A DNA stretch of 64,000 bases from Chrysomallon squamiferum. Its lineage: Eukaryota > Animalia > Mollusca. The first letter of the stretch is position 1, and every line of letters begins with the position of its first letter. The notes beneath the pieces were generated by a model that had not been told where the DNA came from, ran no database searches, and saw nothing but the letters and a program-made list of their open reading frames with translations. Positions 1-15,216 of the stretch are shown piece by piece. The translations under genes were made by a program, and so were the position numbers. The stretch spans positions 23,312,001 through 23,376,000 of the forward strand of contig CM022671.1 in the NCBI GenBank assembly GCA_012295275.1, read 5' to 3'.

Positions 1-20
1 TTCATGTGTGTTTATATGCA

Positions 21-56
21 TATATACATACATACATACATACATACATACATACA

Positions 57-91
<35 letters not shown>

Positions 92-157
92 TATACACAT
101 ACAAACATACATACATATTATACACATACAAACATATATAAGTACACACATACATAC
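21..157. repeat. (ATAC)n microsatellite with degenerate extension
   Basis: Direct tandem ATAC units. Confidence 0.9.
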
Positions 158-353
158 ACCTGACAGGTTTGTGAGGTCGTGATTGGACTTTGTCCTGCGT
201 CCCAAATATTGTCTAATTGCAGAGTCTAATCAGACGTACATAAAACAGAAAATATTCAGATCCTGAAATAGATACATACATACAGACAAACATACATATA
301 TACATACACACAAGACATAGATATAGATATGGAAAAATTGTGTGTGTGTGTGT

Positions 354-391
<38 letters not shown>

Positions 392-1819
392 TCTAAGTCC
401 TAAGTAATTTTAATTTGCTTTTGATTACAAAATTTGTTTTCTTTATTTATTTGACTTTAGTCTGCTTCATGTTTTTAATATTATTTTTTAAAATTCATTT
501 TATTATTTTTACTGCTTGATTTATTTTTCCTTGTACATATAACTAAAGTCATTGTGTTTTAATTACATAGTCGCATTCAGGCATTATTTGTATTATTATT
601 GTTATTATTTATTTATTTATTTTTTATTTATTTTATTTTATTTTTTTTTATTATTTTTTATTTTTTACTTTTATTTTATTTTATTTTTTTTTAACAGAGA
701 AAGAAAAAATTTTTAATTTTTTTACGTTTTTTCATGAAAATTTAAATAGTTATTTAAGCTTGCATTTATTTATTTATATATTAATTTATTTATTTATTTA
801 TTATATTTATTTTTCTTAAATTACAATATGTTATTAATATACTATTCGAAAATTAATTTCAAGAAATAAATTAAAATCATTGAAACTACTGGCAGTGCCT
901 ACTGAACCCGACTATAAATACATATTAACGAAAAAATAATAATATGAAATAACAAGAACATATTGATTAACATGAAATATATTTCAAAGAACACGAACGT
1001 ATTAACTAACTTGAACTAATGATCAAAGAAACGAGGATAAATTACACATTAATCAAACAAGGAATTTCAATATTTGACATACATACTTCATTACGTAACG
1101 GCAACGAATTGATATTTAGTTTGTACGGGGTTCGAAATAAGCCAGGCAGTTTTGTTGAACTGAAAACACTCAATAAAAAGGTTAATATTCTAGTATCGGT
1201 TACAAACTGGCTGAAATTCGTATTAACGGAGACAAATTCTTTTGGTGCAAATCATAATAGCGTAACAGAGTCACCTGAAAGCTGTTTTTGTCAGTGCCGT
1301 GCGTTCGCAGACTTTTGATTACATTCCGCACAAAAGAGTTCTTCTTCAAGGGGTGTCACTCGCTGATCTCGGCACAGAGGCTTGAGAGGATTAAGTGAAA
1401 GGAGCAATTCCGGACAGGTCGTCATTGTTGAGTTCTTTCACCATCGCGAAAATCCACATCATTTGCATTTTACGCGTGTATTCAAATGCTCGACAAAGGT
1501 AGATTTTTTTTTTTGTTTTGTAAGTGACTTTTTCCATTTCGAGTGTTTTCGGGACAAAAAGCGCCGGAGTTTTTTTTTAATGTTTTTTTTTTTTTATTCT
1601 TTTTTTTTCTTTTATAAAAGTGTCAGTTATACCGTAGACGTAGACACGAAGTCGCCAACACGCGCGGGCCTCGCATCGCGCTGAATAAAGTCAATTGATT
1701 TCAAACTGAATAAGAAATATTGCTTGTCTTGCAAAAGGAAGCACTGGCACCTACTAAAAGTTTAATAAAAGTCGCGTGTTAATTGAAACCAGCAAACAAG
1801 AAGATTTCAGAAATTTATT

Positions 1820-1854
<35 letters not shown>

Positions 1855-2228
1855 CACAGAATTCAAATCCATATTACATTTGTGTTCCTGATGATTCACA
1901 ATTCATGCATTATAACCGACGCTGATCATGTGATAAATACATCGTGTCATTTAAAAATAAAATTTAAAAGTATAAGATGAAACGGATACGACGTCGGCTT
2001 TCAGAAGAACAAATAAGACTGACAAATGAAACATTAATAACCGTCTATATTCTAAGATTTAATAAGCATATTACTAGAAGCTTTCCGAACACAGATAAAG
2101 ATCTGATTAGGTTTGATTAGATAACAAGGTAAAATTAATACCGCTATATGTATCACCATCCGTCTCTTAAAATCATTCAAATCTCAAGCTTTTTCGAAAA
2201 ATTATTTGGAATACTTTCACCTTCGGGA

Positions 2229-2262
<34 letters not shown>

Positions 2263-2686
2263 GGTGGGTTTTTTTAAGTATTGAAGAAAAGGAAAAAAAA
2301 AAAAAAAAAAAAGAAGAAGAAGAATAAAAGAAAATTGAAAGAAAAAAAAATAATAATGAATAGCATCTTTATGTAAATTATGCGATTAATCTTTTGGCAG
2401 ATTTCAAAATGTTGACTAGCTTGGGTATTAATTTCATTGTTTTCTTTAATTTATTGTTTTCCTTTCTAATATGTTAAACTTTGATTATAATTTTAAAATT
2501 GAAAATTTTTTTTTTTGTTTTTTTTATTTTTTTTTTTTTTTTTTTTGGCGGGCAAAATGTTTAGGAAAAGATAAACTGCTCAGAAAAAAAATAAATGTCA
2601 GAAGTAATAGTACCAACGACATCAACAACAACATCATTAACAGTAACAATAACAATAACAATAGCAGCAACAACAACAACAACAAC

Positions 2687-2731
<45 letters not shown>

Positions 2732-3175
2732 CTTACATCAACCTAAATTTAATTAAAGAAATATATATTATTTTTAAAACAGTGGTTAACAAGTGGCAAA
2801 TAAATTGTTTTTCAAATTTATTTATTTATTTATATATTTATTTATTTATCTGCATATCTGCATATTTATTTATATATTTAATCGTCTATTTGTTATTTAT
2901 TTCCTAATTTTATTTTATTTTTTATATATCCTTCTTCCTTCTAATTATTCTGTATTTATAACGTTTTCATACTTTCTGTATTGTACCAACTGTCTCTTTT
3001 GTAACTTCGGGTACAAGCTGTATATCTAATAATTAATGCATTAATATGAAATAAACTTTAATATAAAATAAACAGTTATTTAATACGCAGATAGACAGAC
3101 CGATGTGGCGTTGGATGGAGATAGATAAATTGATAGCATTAATAGAAGACTTTGAAGTATATGATTATGAAATAA

Positions 3176-3231
<56 letters not shown>

Positions 3232-5160
3232 AAAATAAATAAAATAAAATAAATTAAAAACAGAGAACAGATATAAAAGAAACGTGTTTCAGCAGGAACT
3301 TATATCACATTTTAGGATCACACAACTGTAGATAAATCAGACTGAAAAGACAGTTTATTTGTTTTATCATTAAATCATGCAAATGAAAATACACAGAAAC
3401 GTAGTTTCTTTTTTAGTTGTTGTTTATTGGTTTTTAATTTTATCCCTTTTTTTTCTCAATATCGTTTTCACATCCGTTCACAAATTTCATATTGTCTTTA
3501 AGAAGAATAGTGTTTGGTTAATAAGATTTCACAGCCAAAACATTTGAAAATATGACATGGTTTTTTTTTTTTTTTTTTTTTTTTTGGCTTTACAGAGGCC
3601 AAATGCCAACTATGTAGAATAGTAATCATTTCAAATGAATGATGTCAAGCTTAAAAGAAAATCCTAACAGAAAACCTCTGTTGTGTTTTGAATAACAGAC
3701 TTAAATTTCATTACCAAAATAACATAGAAACTTTCACTGTTAAATTTGTTCAGATTCAAATACGATATAATACAGTAAAAGGTCAAATGTCCTAGGAAAC
3801 GTGTTGTGACTGAAGTTAAATGTTATTCACAGATTGTCTTTATTCTTTTGATTTCCACTCCTAGTTTTATAAACAATGAAACAACAGCAGAGTTCGACTA
3901 TCCCATGTCGTAAATCTTCTAAGACAAACCACAAATAGTTATCAGAGTTTATTACTGAACAGAACGTTCATTATAATTCGCAACATGTAAAAAACATAAT
4001 TAGATAAATATATGTACATAGTGATAATAAATTTTTTTTTTTTTTTTTAAACTGATTTTCGAAACTTTTAGGAATTATTGATATGGTAATTATTTGTTGG
4101 TCTGAAGACAGAAAGTTTCTGTTTTTTTAAAGAATCATTAGTTACATAAATATCCTAAATATTTTCTAATTTCTAGTATCTGAGTACTAGTTTTCTAGGA
4201 AATTAGATATGATAGACATATAAAATGTCACTTAATTGTAATGTTTATTTGCAATTCTTAAGTTCGTTAGAAAATAATAGTGGAAGGTGTTTTTATTGAA
4301 CAGAAACTACGAGAGGGAGAAAAAAGAAAGGAAATAAGTTCATAACTTTCTTGTACATCATTTGCGAAGAACTGACTGTAAGCAGAAACGAGGCAGGATC
4401 GATCCTCCAACCTCCTGCTTCTTCGTCAGAGCAGAATTTCAGTTTGCCAGTCTTATTTCAGGAAACTCCAGGAATTCACGTCCACCGCATACAACAAGAA
4501 TACACATACACTCATCAAACCTGACCCGTTCCCGAACAACACAGCTGACCAGAGCTAACACTGACCTGTCCATCTTTCTGTCCATCGGTCATCACAGAGG
4601 AAATTATCTGCGGAATGTCTGTATTATTTGTACCGTCTTTCCACACACAACGAATTACGGCAAAAGATAATCGCTTTCCCGAGTCAATAGCAAACACGTC
4701 ATCTTTGACGAATGACGTGACCGCCCAAGGCAGGCAAAGATTTCTTTCTCTCACAATGGTCGAAACCTTTTTGGCATTCTCGTTCTCAGGTGCGTTTGTT
4801 ATCAAGTAATTAATGCCGATACACGTAACCGTGTTTTCGGTCTGTGTTCAAAAATAATATTACACTAAAAGAGAAAAGTAAACGGAGAATGTGTGCAGTC
4901 TGTAAATCTGTAATAATCTGTCAATAACTGTTAGGAATGTTGATGGAGCTTGTGTAGTTTTCATGCATTATTTAAAGTAAGTGTATTGTTATGGTGTTCT
5001 GGGAATAACATGATGATTATTAAGTATTTGACATCAGTTTATTTATATTTTTATTTATTTATTAATTATTGTTTCACCTTCTCCTTATTAGTGTATGTAC
5101 ACATATACATATACACACACACACATACATACATACATATATACATGTACACATACATAC

Positions 5161-5205
<45 letters not shown>

Positions 5206-6008
5206 CACACATACCCTCTCATACATAGACACACATACTTACATACAAACACACACATACATAAAATTAAGTATGTCTTTTGTTCTACCTTTATATATGT
5301 TGCAAAAGGATGGCTTTATTTTTTTATTTGTTTGCTTTTCACTGTTTCATTTATTTTATAACGAGAACAATCCGATTCAATTGTGCTTTATAATTATGTA
5401 AAAACAAAACACTAAGTATTCTGCACTTGAAAAACCGTAAAATGATAAGTTTTGAGATTCTAAAAACATACACATACGCCAACAGATAATTAGAACATAC
5501 TTATGTTTCGGGCAAATTTTCATTTGTGTAGCTGGCTTTAACATTAATTACTTGAATTATAAATCAACACTGAGATCTGATATCAAAATGTAATGCTGTA
5601 ATCCTCAGGTAAAAATATTTATAATTTTTCTTTATCTTAATTTGTTTTTTGTTTTTGTTTGTTTTTGTGGGGTTTTTTAACGGCTTTGCATCATCTAGCC
5701 TGTATAACCTCCCATAAATCAGATAAATAATCTACCTGAAATAACTAGGTTGAGTAATTCCTTTATAAACAATCAACAGACAGACAGATATACAGAGAGA
5801 TAGATAATCACAGACAGATGTCCATGAATGTATATAATGTTTAATGAAATGAATATAACTATTCCTTTATCTTCCGGATAAGCAAAAAAATAAAATAAAA
5901 TAATAATATATATATATATATATAAATTGTTATTGTTATTATTGTTGTTCTAATTGTTACTGTTGTTTTGATTGTTATTGTTGTTGTTGTTGCTGTACTT
6001 ATTGTTAC

Positions 6009-6039
<31 letters not shown>

Positions 6040-7507
6040 GCTGTTGTTCTTCTTCTTCTGCTGTTGCGGCTGATGGTGATGATGATGTTATTTTCTTAAC
6101 ACTTACTATTCATTCCTGTTTTATATTAATTTTCTTTCTCACAAAACACAAGTCAGGGTTTCTTTTTCCATTCCTTTTAATATCCTTTTTTCCAATGTAA
6201 AAAATAATTTTAAAAAAAGAAAGAAAAAGATAAAGAATCACGGCTAGATTATGTTTGTTGCTCAAAATAGAAAGTATCAAACGGAGTTTATCATACCAAC
6301 AGTACTTTAAAGAATTTAAATTTTAAAGAAAACGAATCAATGGCGATTGTACTCCTTTTCAGTTATCATGGCAACTCGCCCTCAAATTTTTCCTTTTTAA
6401 TTTGATGTTCGAATAATCCCTAAATTAATATTAATACTCACGCCCTTTTTAAATATTTTATTTTTATTTTATTACTATTTTTTTTTTATCGTAATTTTTT
6501 GTTATTTCATTCTTTTTTTTTTTAAAAATTTAAAAAATTTTATTATTTTTTTTTTTTTTTTTTTTATTATTATTATTTTTTTTTTACATTTTCTATAATT
6601 TCAAAATACAAAAGAACAGAAAGCTATACAAATTAAGAGCTCGCATTAATTACAAAAACTCCACAGAATGTGGACGCCTGCTGCGGCAAATACGGATCGC
6701 AGAAATTTTGTTTCTTCGAGATGGCTTCTGGCGTGACTCGCCACATTCTGCAAAGCATGTATCTTCAATGCGTCCTTATTATTACTATTGACAAAATAAA
6801 TTGTCTGCTTTTTGTACAGACGTATCATGCGGCGATTTTCAGCAGGGGAGCCAAGTCACGGAAAACGGTGCTAATATTGACCAATCGGAGAGCGGCTTCG
6901 TCGACTGCTGCTGAGCAGCACTTCCTGTCCAGAAGATGCAATTCGACAGTTGTCATTCTCAGCCGCAGATTCAATTAAGCGGAGGATATTGGACGACATT
7001 GAGAATGGATCCCCTCCCTCCGCGCTAGATCAATCCCACACTGATTGCCCCGACTCGCTTTTCAATAAAACGAGATAGATGATGCTGGCTAATTTTCTAA
7101 AGTCTTTCGGCGGGCGGATTGTCATGGATTTTACAGCCAGTCTGACAGGAGTGATATTAATAATATAAACGAGTAAATAGCGCCAGTTTAAGCTCATCAT
7201 GATGGCTTCCTAGATATTCTGTAATGATAAACGTCGTTATTAATATAGCTAAAGAAAAGTCTGAAGTACAAAAGGTTATTACTAATGGTTTTAAATTGTC
7301 TGTGTGCGTTTATTGTAATAAAGAGAAAAAGATAATAATAAAATGATAAGATATTGTTACCTTTATGCTAATTCACTTTTTACATGTTTTAAAATAATGA
7401 TGTGTTTATGAAAACAGACGAAAAAAAACGTGCAAATACCAAGAAGCGAAAACATATTTTAAACCTATAACATTAATATATACAACATCTGTGTGTAGAT
7501 GTGTGTG

Positions 7508-7629
<122 letters not shown>

Positions 7630-8531
7630 TATACAGAAACATAATTAAATTAAATTTTATCAGTTTATGATATTAAAGCACCCAAGAGGAAAAAGATTAG
7701 GCAACAGTTGGTATCTTCATACCAGTGATTCACAGCAATTATTTTACCATCGAGTACAAATCCTTTTTGAATTAATATAAAATAATAATTTAGTTTTCTC
7801 AAGTGTAATGTTGATATTTTTAAGCCCGTTACGCATCACAGAACGCCACGCTCCGGTCACTTCAGTCTGTCGACATAAAGACATATCACAAAAAAATATT
7901 TACAATATACAACGCTTCGTTGAACAGTATCATGCTAGATCTTCACGCTTGACAGAATATCTGAGTATACAACCCAAAAGATCGAACAACGTTCTGTGAT
8001 AAAAGAGAAGTAAAAAAAAAATAAAAAAAATAATAATAAAAAAATAAAAAAATAGGCGACCCAAAGGAATACATATAATTGTAACGAAATACAGCGAGCT
8101 TTGTAAGGATGGACAAATAAAAGTGATGATATCGCATTTATTAAACATAACCGTGGTGTAAGGTGGAAAAATAAAAAAAGAAGGATACTGAAAGACGAAA
8201 AAGCATCGATATAAATTTGTGTATTATTTATAATGGTTAAAAATGCAGTTAATTAAAAACAACGTTATTTCTACTTAATCGAGAAAGTGTTTGATATGTA
8301 ATGAACACATGAGAGTTTAAAACGTTAAAAGCATTTGTTTAAAAGTCACTGAATACTTAATGTTAATTTGATTTGTATAAACTTATTTATTTATATTTTA
8401 TTTCATATTATTTGTAAGGCTCTAATTCAGTTATTCTTGCATTCCTGTCAATTGCAACATATCCGTCACAATCTGAAGTAATTACTGCGATTATCGTCAT
8501 CATTATTGTTATTATGATTATTATTATTGTT

Positions 8532-8576
<45 letters not shown>

Positions 8577-9467
8577 GCTGCTGCTGCTGCTGCTCCTGTA
8601 AAAATATTTTGGAAACGATCAAATTAAATTATTATATTATGTTTTACGCGTTTTTACGACAATTACAAACTGTGATCGAAACATATTACAAAATGGACGT
8701 TACGAATGTAGTAGACGGATAGACTGATAAATGACTGGCCGGATTATCAGATGAAAGAAAGGATGAGTGCTTGTTTTGATGACTTACGAACGAACGAACG
8801 GATGAGCCTACCGACCTAGATATGAATTGTACATCTGAATGGTGGTTAGTTGATAGACTTCCTCACATTCTGCTACTTCTCTCGGAAGCAGTGAAAGCCA
8901 CTGTTGTACGTACCTAAACGTAACCAGTTTGACCAACACAGCTGTTCTTTCGCTTCACAATGTGTCTTTCCGTCATGTTACGACGTCTGCCGCCAACGCG
9001 TGAACACGTCGGCTTTAATCAAGTTAATTGCCGCTAATTGCACTAACCGAAACACACGAGCACGTCTGTAATTGCGTATACACGAGGCTTCCATCAGGCA
9101 GCATTTTTACAACGTCTGCTACTATAACGGATTCAAACGGCCTAATCCGGGCCACACTACGTTTAGTTTACTCAGAAAATATTGGTAAATTGCTAAGCAG
9201 TGTGACCGACATACGCAAATTGTTACCTTCTTTTATTGAAGAGCGAAGAACGCGGCGGAGAGAGAACTCTTGCAACATCGTCAGCTCGAGATTTGGCCGA
9301 TGTTTGTTCTACTTTTAGATACGGTTAATTTACGTTCTCGGCGTTGTTTTTCAGCAACCTGGAGAGGGGATGGGATGTAAATGAAATGTTCATCGCTGTG
9401 TTACAGATTTGTGTTTGAAATTATAAACAAATAATGTAATATTATATATCTAATAAGCACACACATT

Positions 9468-9503
<36 letters not shown>

Positions 9504-9634
9504 CCCACACACATAAATATATATGCTTGCGCGCGCTCACGGACACACATATAGACAAAACATGATCTGAATATCTGAAATTTAAAAAAGTAATTATTTA
9601 TAGATTCTCTAATGAATTTAAAATCCAGTCCTCG

Positions 9635-9640
<6 letters not shown>

Positions 9641-9722
<82 letters not shown>

Positions 9723-9860
9723 TACTACTACTTCTATTATTACTATTACTTCCACTACTTCTATTATTATTATTGCTTCCACTTCTTCTATTTTATTATT
9801 ATTATTATTGTTGTTGCTGTTGTAGTTGTTACTGTTGTTGTTGTTGATGATGATGACAAC
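9641..9860. repeat. (ATT)n and degenerate (ACT)n/(GTT)n trinucleotide tract
   Basis: Direct tandem units. Confidence 0.9.
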
Positions 9861-10153
9861 ATTATAGCTGTAGTGAAACGCAGAAGCTATAATAGAAAGA
9901 GTAGCTGCAATTGTAGTAGCAGTAATGTTTGTTGTTAGTGTTGGTGCTGCTGTAGTAAAAAACAAAATATTTAAACAAGCCATTCAGAAAATAAATCTAT
10001 ATTTGTGATTTCCATTATTTGCTTGGTCATGCACAAAATTCTATTTCACCATAGTTTGCAATAAAAATTAAATAAAATAAAATTTAATAGGCCGGGCAAA
10101 GAAGGAATGTTGTTAACACACATACATCAGGATTCTTTCATCATTTCTTTTTC

Positions 10154-10187
<34 letters not shown>

Positions 10188-12827
10188 AAATAAAACGTAC
10201 AAAATCCAACACCGTTGTTGTTGTTGTGTCTTTGGTCACGTTTAATACAACAGGTGCATGGACAGCTAACCATAAACGACGATATCTGCATCGTTTTCTC
10301 CGACGGCGTTACCTTTGAAACAGACACTACATTAAGGTTTATTAACATGCGTGTACTTATGTTTTTATTTACGCTGACATAATTTCTCGTAAATCAAGCC
10401 TAGGGTTCCAGCCCCATTCATTTAAGAATTAATACGGGCATAAAAAAAAAAAAAAAAAAAAAAAAGAAAAAATAAAAAAAAAGCGAGGGACAACTGCAAA
10501 CCTCCGACCAATCTTTTTCGTTTGTGTGTTTCGGAGAAATCCGAAAAAAAAAAAAAAAATGCTTAATCTTTCTTTAGAAATGCAAAATGAAGATTGACAA
10601 GCGTGCTGGCAAATAAAACCACTCTATACTACATTAAAGCATACTTGCTGATAATTTTATCTTTTCCCTTAGTCCGCACTAACAAGAAGTGGCTCTTTTT
10701 CAAAGACCCTGTATCTTGTAATGACACGGGTGGTGACGTGTCTTTCAATTTGATTGACAGTCCGCCTGAAAACGATCCGTGTGGTGAAACAGACACGACT
10801 CCGTGCCACCCAGACACACCTGTCTGCAGTCTAAATTAACCCGGACGATACCAAGCGGTGAACAGCCGAGCGGTAAGAAGCGAAAATATCAGGCTGGATA
10901 TAACTAATTGAGCCTGATATTCCGATCAGGTACATACATTCACGTACGTTTCTGATTCAAGCTCATGGTGGCCGAGGGATGATTCAGATAAAAAGAAGGG
11001 GGTTGAAAAACAAAGTAAATCCAGAAGATTTAAAGCTTTTGACTGTAGGAATTGACTTTTAAGTTGACTAAAGGCTGGATGAGTTCGACTTTCAAAAGAC
11101 TGGGACGCTTAACGTTAGAAATGTTCCGATGAAAATTTTTTAGAAGTATTAATTACTGTTTTTACCTGTTCTTGGTCACAAAGTCGTGAAAAATATGTAG
11201 AAATCTGCGGTAATTGTTACAGTGAAATATAAAACCGTTCTGTCATTAAGATTTCTCTGAACTAATTTAATTTTCTGTACATACGAAATTAATAAATTGA
11301 ATTTTTATTCAGTGATATATTTTTTACAATAAAATTTACTTTTAATAAATAAATAAAATTTAAAAAAACTGAAAATAAAATAAAATAAAAATATATAAAA
11401 AAAAAAAATGAAATAAAATAATAAAAAAAAGTTTAAGAAATTATAAATGAAAAAAAAAAAAAAAAGCTACTGAAATTTAAGAAAACGAAAAACAAAACAA
11501 CACTTAGAAAAGAATCCTAATTACTGATAAGAGGAAAGAATTCGACCCTACACCAACGCTATTAACTAATCTGTTAACACGCCAGCTTAACATTCTCTTC
11601 GCAAACTCTTTCACTCAACACGGCTTATTAAACTTTTCTCAGCAAAAGCAAATTAATAAATCAGTAAATGAGGGTATTTTACGGCGCTGGCGAAAAAAAC
11701 AGATCAACATTTGTACGGACACATTAAAACGTAAATGTTTATTTTTTTAATTTATATTTGAAATTATAAATTTATATTTCAAAGGAAAACCAATTTTTTT
11801 TTTTTAAATTGCTTTGAAAAATAAAAAATATTATAAATGGTCACTTCATCATGTAACTGTCAAAAAAACTAGTTTAAATATATTTAAAATTTTATATTCA
11901 GAAATAAACTAAAATAAATAATGACTTTGATAATACTAATTTGATACTAATATTAATCATAACAACAACAACAAACAAACAAACAAACACCAACGCGTGA
12001 AACCAAATTTCCAAGAATTTCATCATTTGGAGAACACGTAATAAAACCAATTTATAAAAAAAAAAAAAAAAAAAAAAATTAAAATTTTATTTCACACATC
12101 ACGTACAGTTTGCCCTTTTATTACCCAGAATCAATATGGCTGCAACTAAAAAGTCTTCGCATTATCAGTTCTTATCATTTACGAGTTTCTTGCTGGAAAC
12201 CGAAGTTGGCGTGTTGTTCTATAAACGTGCCAGATTCGCGCTTTTACTGGGCGTAAATGCCACATTTTTACTATTAATTCGCAAACGTGCGCGTGTTTAC
12301 ACGTGCGAGCAGACCCACTAAATTCCAGCAGACCGCGACTTTACCGTTTATAGTTTGTGTAGTGACAGCTATATGACTACTGGTACATGGAAGTCGGGCG
12401 TGATACACAGATAACGCCGTTTTCAGCAAATTGCTTCCAGCGTCCCAGAAGTTCCCGTCGCTAAATTTTTATTTCCGAGAGGCGGTCGTAAAAGAGGGAT
12501 GTTAATTGTTATAAAATTAATTTTATCGTAAAGATACGTCAATTTTCATTATCTGAGTAGAAATTTCATTATCTTTTATCTTTTCACTTTTAAGGGTTTT
12601 TTTTTTTTTTATTTATAGTATTCAGATTTATCATCATCATCATCATCATCACTTTTGCTACTACAGCTATTACTTCTACAGAAACAACAAAACCAGCAAA
12701 AACTACTACTATCAATTCTGCCACTGTTATGGCTCCTGTTAATTTTTGTAATCTGGTATTATCGCTAACATTACGACTGTTGTAGCTGTTGTTTTTCTTC
12801 TTCTTCTTCTTCTTCTTCTTCTTTTTC

Positions 12828-12870
<43 letters not shown>

Positions 12871-13016
12871 GTTATATGTCGCTTTATCATTAAATTGTTA
12901 TGATTAGTCATTATAAATATCATCGTCTTTATTTATTATTTTTTTCATTTAAAACATTCGATTCATAATTTTATTTCAAAACCTGAATTAAATTATGTTG
13001 ATCTATTTGAAAATGC

Positions 13017-13017
<1 letters not shown>

Positions 13018-13101
<84 letters not shown>
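13018..13101. repeat. (CT)n microsatellite
   Basis: Uninterrupted CT units. Confidence 0.97.
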
Positions 13102-13105
<4 letters not shown>

Positions 13106-13255
13106 CTCTATAGCCATGTATTTATTTGTATATATGTTTTTATTTATATAACTCCGGGTAAAAATGTATTTAATGTATGGAAGTGTGTGTATATATGTAT
13201 ATGTATGTAAATATGATGTTTATAGATTCCTTTCAATAGCAGGTTATTATAGTTA

Positions 13256-13305
<50 letters not shown>

Positions 13306-14542
13306 GAAAAAGAAGAAGAAGAACAACAACAACAACAACAACAACAACTACTACTACTACTACTACAACACCGACGAAGACAACAATTAACAATCCCCAA
13401 ATATACCCCAAAATACGTGGGCAGTCATGGACACACGCATTAGCAGACAAAACAAATCTGGGATCGCCAAAACACTTGTTTTCAAAACAATTGCAACAGT
13501 TCTAACCAGGGATGAGCCGGTCTGCATCTCGCTGCACGCACTCGAAACTGTGACCTGGAAGGGTTTATTCAAACACTGACTGTTTAAGTTTCCTGACCAG
13601 CTAAATCAGACGGAATACTAAGCCGAAATGTTCGACCTTTAGCGGGTGTTTAGCATTTTTGACGTCGACGTGTCTTCTGCCCTCAACCAGTCGTCTGCTA
13701 GACCTGCTCATAGTTTTGACGACAGAAGCAGACGTCAAATTAAACAAACGTGAGGACTTTGAGGTACCAGCGTGGCGAGAGCTTTCTGTTTTAGTTCTTT
13801 TTATCCCAAACTTGCTAAATTTTGTACTGATCTACTAATGCTGTGTCTGTGCGCAAATCAGAAGGCGATAACTGAGTTATTTGCAACAATTATCACGTTC
13901 TGTGAGTCCCGTGATGCACGCCCTGTTTTCGTCCTGTCGGTGCAAAATGTTTAATTTACCGAGTATAATCATAATAATGATGAATATTTGAAAATAAATA
14001 AAATAAATAAAAATTAAAAATAAATAAATGTAAATACCCCCATAACCAGGTCCCTACTACTGCTAATATTAATAATTATTATTAAATGAATTACAAACAA
14101 CAACAACAACAACAACAAATAATAATCACTTATTGTTATTATTATTACTGTTATTATTATTATTATTATTATCATCATCATCATCATCATCATCATCATT
14201 ATCATTATGTATATTATATTCAGTCTTCGATAAAACATGATTAAAATCTTCGTCCACGTTAATAAAATTAGAAAAAACAAATCGCTCAGACAAAAATATC
14301 ACAAAGCAGTATTCAGTTATTTGTAATGCATGAAACCTGTCAAGCATTATTAATAACTTTTATCTACATCATTAAAATAATATACATACTCGAGCCGACA
14401 GTATCATTCGTCATCCTTTAATCAGTCGAAATATACAGAACCTATTATGCATTATTATTTTATTTTTAAAGTCTTTATCGCATGTTTTAGAAGGACAAAC
14501 ATTCGAGGCTAAAGTAACAAAACTGATTATTCATTATTCATC

Positions 14543-14634
14543 GTGAGTTTTAAAAATAGTGAGATTTATGGCCTATTAAATATTTATGTCCAAATATTTT
14601 GCAAACCATAAATCTCATTATTTTTAAAGCTCAT
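14543..14634 (+). repeat. Long inverted repeat (29-bp arms); MITE remnant or RNA hairpin
   Basis: gtgagttttaaaaatagtgagatttatgg (14543-14571) is the reverse complement of ccataaatctcattatttttaaagctcat (14606-14634) at 26 of 29 positions. Confidence 0.85.
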
Positions 14635-14696
14635 AATGATAAGATAACAAATGTGTGTGCTTAGATAAAAATTATATAAAAACATAATTTGCATAT

Positions 14697-14754
<58 letters not shown>

Positions 14755-15171
14755 AATAAATATATTGTTCGCTTTAATTAATTAATTTATTTATTTAAAA
14801 ATATCAAGATAGGGAAGAAATATTTATACTAATACTAACAATAATAATAACAGCAAGAAGAAGAAGAGAAAAGAATATGTGTTGCTGTTATTAATATTAT
14901 TTTTATTTATTTTTTATTTTTTATTTATTTATTTATTTCATTTCATTCCATTCCTTTGTTGTTGTTTTGTTGTTTTTAAATATTTTATTATTAATACTCG
15001 CCTATCAAACTAAAAAAAGATATATTTTCTTATTTTTTAATTTTAATACATGATTATTAACTTTCAAAAGTATTTTTGCTTTTAATTTTAATTTTAAATT
15101 GAATTTATTTATATTGTAATATATGAAACAAACAGTAATGAGCTGTACTTTCGATATGGTATATAATAATG

Positions 15172-15216
<45 letters not shown>

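Noticed and set aside
10885-10921. Perfect 11-bp inverted repeats here and at 40264-40305
   Set aside because: About one such repeat is expected by chance in 64 kb, and there is no further support.
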